This document shows, one piece after another, positions 60,492 to 64,000 of a DNA stretch of 64,000 nucleotides. The notes under the pieces were generated by a model. It worked only from the letters and a program-made list of their open reading frames with translations. It made no database searches and was not told the DNA's origin. Source of the DNA: an uncultured Arcobacteraceae bacterium (GTDB lineage Bacteria > Campylobacterota > Campylobacteria > Campylobacterales > Arcobacteraceae); NCBI GenBank assembly GCA_964022095.1, contig CAXHZO010000002.1, forward strand, positions 1 through 64,000, in the 5' to 3' direction. A program made the position numbers and the translations under genes. Positions within the stretch are counted from its first letter, which is position 1. Each line of letters begins with the position of its first letter.

Positions 60492-61733
60492 GTGGTAGAG
60501 AAAAATAGATGGCTAATGGCACTAAGTGCTGTAGGTGTGCATATCTGTATTGGTTCAGTATATGCTTGGAGTGTATATGTTAAACCTATTCAAACACAAA
60601 TGAACTGGGATTTAACAGATGTAACAATTGCGTTTAGTGTTGCGATATTCTTCTTAGGATTAAGTGCAGCTTTAATGGGTAAATTTGTTGAGAAAAATGG
60701 TCCAAGAGTATCTGCAATTATTGCAGCTTCATTGTTTGGTTTAGGAACTATGGGGTCTGGACTTGCAATTATGATGGAATCAAAATTGTTATTGTACTTC
60801 TTTTATGGAGTATTAGGTGGATGTGGACTTGGTATTGGATATATTTCTCCAGTTTCAACACTAGTAAAATGGTTCCCTGATAAAAGAGGTATGGCAACAG
60901 GACTTGCAATTATGGGATTTGGCTTCGCATCTGCTGTTTGGGGACCAACAATCAAAGTTTTAATTGAAGCAGTTGGAATTTCTGGAACATTCTTTATTTT
61001 AGGTGCAGTTTACTTTGTAATAATGTTTGCATCAGCACTTTATTTAGAAAAACCAGAAGAGGGTTATTTACCAGAAGGATTTAAAAAGAAAGTTGAATCT
61101 GGTAAAAAGAAAATCAAAAAAGACCTTGCTAATTTAGGATTAAACCAAGCTATTAAAACTCCAAGATTTTATGGCCTTTGGATTATGTTATTTATCAATG
61201 TAACTTGTGGTATTGCTATTATTGGTGTTGCTTCACCTTTATTACAAGAAGTACTTGGTGTATCTGCAATAGCAGCAGCTGCAGCTGTTGGTTTAATGGG
61301 TATTTTTAATGGTGCAGGTAGAATTATGTGGGCATCATTATCTGACTTTTTAACAAGACCTGTTGTTTATGTAATTTTCTTCGCAACTCAAGCAATTGCA
61401 TTTTATATGTTGCCTTCTATTACTGAAATTGTTGTATTTCAAGTGGTATTATACTTTATTATGACTTGTTATGGTGGCGGATTTGCTTCAATCCCAGCAT
61501 ATATTGGAGATATCTTTGGAACAAAAGAGCTTGGTGCTATTCATGGATATATCTTAACAGCATGGGCAGCAGCAGGACTTGTTGGTCCATTAATCATCTC
61601 AATGGTTAAAGATGCAACTGGATCATACTCTCAAACACTATATGTATTTGCTGCATTCTTTGTGGTTGCATTTATTGTTTCACTTTTAATGATAGTAAAT
61701 ATTAGAAGTATTAAAAAACAAAATAAACACTAA
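60492..61733 (+). CDS. MFS transporter, oxalate:formate antiporter (OFA) family
   Basis: GSVYAWS, KWFPDKRGMATG..IMGFG, YGGGFA. Confidence 0.9.
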   Translation: MVEKNRWLMALSAVGVHICIGSVYAWSVYVKPIQTQMNWDLTDVTIAFSVAIFFLGLSAALMGKFVEKNGPRVSAIIAASLFGLGTMGSGLAIMMESKLLLYFFYGVLGGCGLGIGYISPVSTLVKWFPDKRGMATGLAIMGFGFASAVWGPTIKVLIEAVGISGTFFILGAVYFVIMFASALYLEKPEEGYLPEGFKKKVESGKKKIKKDLANLGLNQAIKTPRFYGLWIMLFINVTCGIAIIGVASPLLQEVLGVSAIAAAAAVGLMGIFNGAGRIMWASLSDFLTRPVVYVIFFATQAIAFYMLPSITEIVVFQVVLYFIMTCYGGGFASIPAYIGDIFGTKELGAIHGYILTAWAAAGLVGPLIISMVKDATGSYSQTLYVFAAFFVVAFIVSLLMIVNIRSIKKQNKH

Positions 61734-61752
61734 AAAGAGTTTAACTCTTTTT
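61732..61752. terminator. Bidirectional terminator
   Basis: aaaaagagt-tta-actcttttt between convergent stops. Confidence 0.65.
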
Positions 61753-62437
61753 AGATGTTTCTAACATCAATAAAACTACCTGATTCAAACTCATCAAATT
61801 TATCAATAACTTTATCTAATCTACTTGCAGCTTGAGTAGGAGTTTGGATTTCTCCATTTTTTAATCTTTGTGCTGAAGTAAATACAGTATCATCAATTTC
61901 AAATCTAATATAATCAGTCATAGGTGTTTCAATTACACCAGGAGCAACTGCTAATAGTTTTGTATTTATCATCTCTTTAGAATAAAGGTTTATAAGCATA
62001 TTAAGTCCAGCTTTTGATAAAGAGTAAGCTGCCCATCCATTTGAGCCATTTACAGCTGCTCCTGAAGATATAGCGACTACTTTTTTTGTATTAATCTTTG
62101 CTAAAATATCTAATAGCTCTTTATTTGCATAAACATTTAAACTATAAACTTCATTTAACTCTTCAGTTGATAGCTCAAATGATGATTTAATTTCTCCTAA
62201 CATTCCAGCATTTAAATATACAAGTTCAATCTTTTTTTCATTTAATATAATATGTTCTAAATTGCTTTTGATATTATTAATATCTGCTAAATCACATTGA
62301 ATATATTTAAAATGTTTATTTGTAATATTTGGTTTTGTTCTGGCTATTCCAATAACATTAAAGCCTTTATTTAAATAAAGTTGTGTTAATGCTAATCCTA
62401 ATCCTGAACTACAACCTGTAATTAATACTTTATTCAT
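61751..62437 (-). CDS. Short-chain dehydrogenase (sepiapterin/benzil reductase-like)
   Basis: TGCSSGLG, NAG, ISSGAA, YSLSK, APGVIETPM. Confidence 0.88.
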   Translation of the reverse strand: MNKVLITGCSSGLGLALTQLYLNKGFNVIGIARTKPNITNKHFKYIQCDLADINNIKSNLEHIILNEKKIELVYLNAGMLGEIKSSFELSTEELNEVYSLNVYANKELLDILAKINTKKVVAISSGAAVNGSNGWAAYSLSKAGLNMLINLYSKEMINTKLLAVAPGVIETPMTDYIRFEIDDTVFTSAQRLKNGEIQTPTQAASRLDKVIDKFDEFESGSFIDVRNI

Positions 62438-62551
62438 ATATACATCCTTTTTATAATTGTTATAGTAGATTAAAGTAGGTTAAAATATATTTAGATATAA
62501 TCAATTCACTTTAAAAAAGGGAAGAAAGTATATTTATACTTTGACTTAAAA

Positions 62552-63688
62552 TTGCAACAATTTAAAATAACAGATAAAATTAAAAACCTTCAATTAGATG
62601 ATATAGAAGACAAACTTTTTTACTACTCATATGATAATAGAAGTTTAAAAGCACTACTTAGAAATAATGTTTCAAAAGATGACGTATCTTATGTTTCTGC
62701 TTATAGCAGTTTTAGAGGTGAAGTTTATGAAAATGTAATCTATGAATTACTTTTACAATATGCTATTACAAATGAAGATATTACAAGATTTGTATTAAAA
62801 GGCCCGTATCAAAATAAAGAGAATTTATATATTAAAAGCGGACTTTTAATAGACAGTAGTTCTCAAATAGTATATAGATCTGCATACAAAGATATATCTG
62901 AGTTTGATGCACTATTTTTTACACAAGATAGCATTTATTTTGTAGAAATGAGTACTTCAAAAAAAACAGCAAGTTTAAATAAAAGACTTGCTAAAAAGCA
63001 TGCTTTATTAAAATTGATTTTTCCTAACTTAAATATTAAAGCTTTAATTGTAGTAACTAAAGGTTCAATTGGTCTTAAAAACTTCCCTGACTATGCTACT
63101 ATTTGGGTTACAAATGATTTAGATGATGATAAACTATTAGAAAAAATCATTTTTGCAAAAAAAGCAAAAAAAGATATTCAATCTCTTAATCCTCCAAAAC
63201 AAAAGAAATTTATTGAAACTTTAAAAGTTAGATACAAGAAATTCCAATATTTTCCAACTTTACAATGGATATTAGATAGGTCAAGATCACATAAGTTTTT
63301 TGATGTAGATTTAAAGTTTTTCTCTTCATCAAGACTTAGTTTATATTTTGACTTATATACAAAACTTTATATAGGATATTTATCAACACAAGAGTTTACA
63401 AAGATTTATTCAGACTTTGAATTTAAAGTAAAAACTGATAGGGTTATTGTAACTATAGAAAAAGTTAATCAAACACAATTAGACTTAGTATACTACGCAA
63501 AACTTACAAATGGCAAATTAAAAAGAATAAGAGTTCAAGAAGATAATGTTTCAATAAAAGATAAAGAACCAGATGGTTTTACAAATGCAGAAGTTAGATT
63601 TTTTATGAAAGTTCTTGAAGAGAAACATGCTTTAAATGAAACAAATATAAAGCATATTTCTAATAATTTAGATTTAATCGACTATTAG
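62552..63688 (+). CDS. Hypothetical protein with possible PD-(D/E)XK fold
   Basis: RGEVYE...EFDALF...FVEMSTSK spacing. Confidence 0.5.
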   Translation: MQQFKITDKIKNLQLDDIEDKLFYYSYDNRSLKALLRNNVSKDDVSYVSAYSSFRGEVYENVIYELLLQYAITNEDITRFVLKGPYQNKENLYIKSGLLIDSSSQIVYRSAYKDISEFDALFFTQDSIYFVEMSTSKKTASLNKRLAKKHALLKLIFPNLNIKALIVVTKGSIGLKNFPDYATIWVTNDLDDDKLLEKIIFAKKAKKDIQSLNPPKQKKFIETLKVRYKKFQYFPTLQWILDRSRSHKFFDVDLKFFSSSRLSLYFDLYTKLYIGYLSTQEFTKIYSDFEFKVKTDRVIVTIEKVNQTQLDLVYYAKLTNGKLKRIRVQEDNVSIKDKEPDGFTNAEVRFFMKVLEEKHALNETNIKHISNNLDLIDY

Positions 63689-64000
63689 AAGATTAAATCT
63701 TTTTGCATTTTGTCATATTTATAAATATCATCTCTAAATTGTAGTTTTCCATTTTCATCAACCCAAGAAGTTAAATACACAATATGTACTGGAATTCTTT
63801 TCTTTAATCCAATATCTTTTTTCTCAATATCACTTAGTACTTCATTAGCTTTATCATAATCAAGATTTGCGTCATATGAAGAGATTGTTTTTAGTAATTC
63901 TTTAGGATCTGCTAATCTAATACAACCATGCGAAAATGCTCTTTTTGACCTTCTAAATAGTGATTTAGCAGGTGTATCATGCATATATACTGAGTATTTA
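63685..64000 (-). CDS. L,D-transpeptidase (YcbB-like), 3' part; runs off the window
   Basis: YMHDTP, FSHGCIR, VHIVYLTSW, FRDDIY; frame open to the window edge. Confidence 0.9.
   Translation of the reverse strand, partial: KYSVYMHDTPAKSLFRRSKRAFSHGCIRLADPKELLKTISSYDANLDYDKANEVLSDIEKKDIGLKKRIPVHIVYLTSWVDENGKLQFRDDIYKYDKMQKDLIF

Overview
A very AT-rich, gene-dense chromosomal window. Protein families and gene order suggest Campylobacterota, probably Arcobacteraceae (inference). Most of it is housekeeping (rny, rsmD, mdh, nadB, nhaD, guaA, hrpB, sfsA, cell-wall enzymes, transporters). Two regions stand out. (1) A ~9 kb integrase-less defence island (~5945-14931) carries hsdR-hsdS-prrC-hsdM, two unannotated gene remnants and an AbiE-like toxin-antitoxin pair with a consensus promoter and operator. 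It is bracketed by a duplicated 3' end of the TIGR02757 gene: both copies encode LYRIGQEKI and differ only at synonymous positions. (2) A four-gene minus-strand cluster (20079-28532) encodes a class II PDE-GAF-HD-GYP fusion, a CHASE2 adenylate cyclase, a SPOR-TPR-beta-barrel (Slam/T11SS-like) outer-membrane protein, and a secreted FecR-domain protein with a long acidic repeat stalk and a TbpB-like C-terminal barrel. This is a candidate trans-envelope cyclic-nucleotide signalling system. Smaller observations are a missed LptM/YifL-like lipoprotein, a triple 11-bp-period TTGACA box upstream of nhaD, a ~106-bp palindromic element after guaA, a ZorA/ZorB-like pair and a HupE fusion. No rRNA, tRNA, CRISPR array, transposase or integrase was seen. 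All family calls come from motifs read by eye, not database searches.
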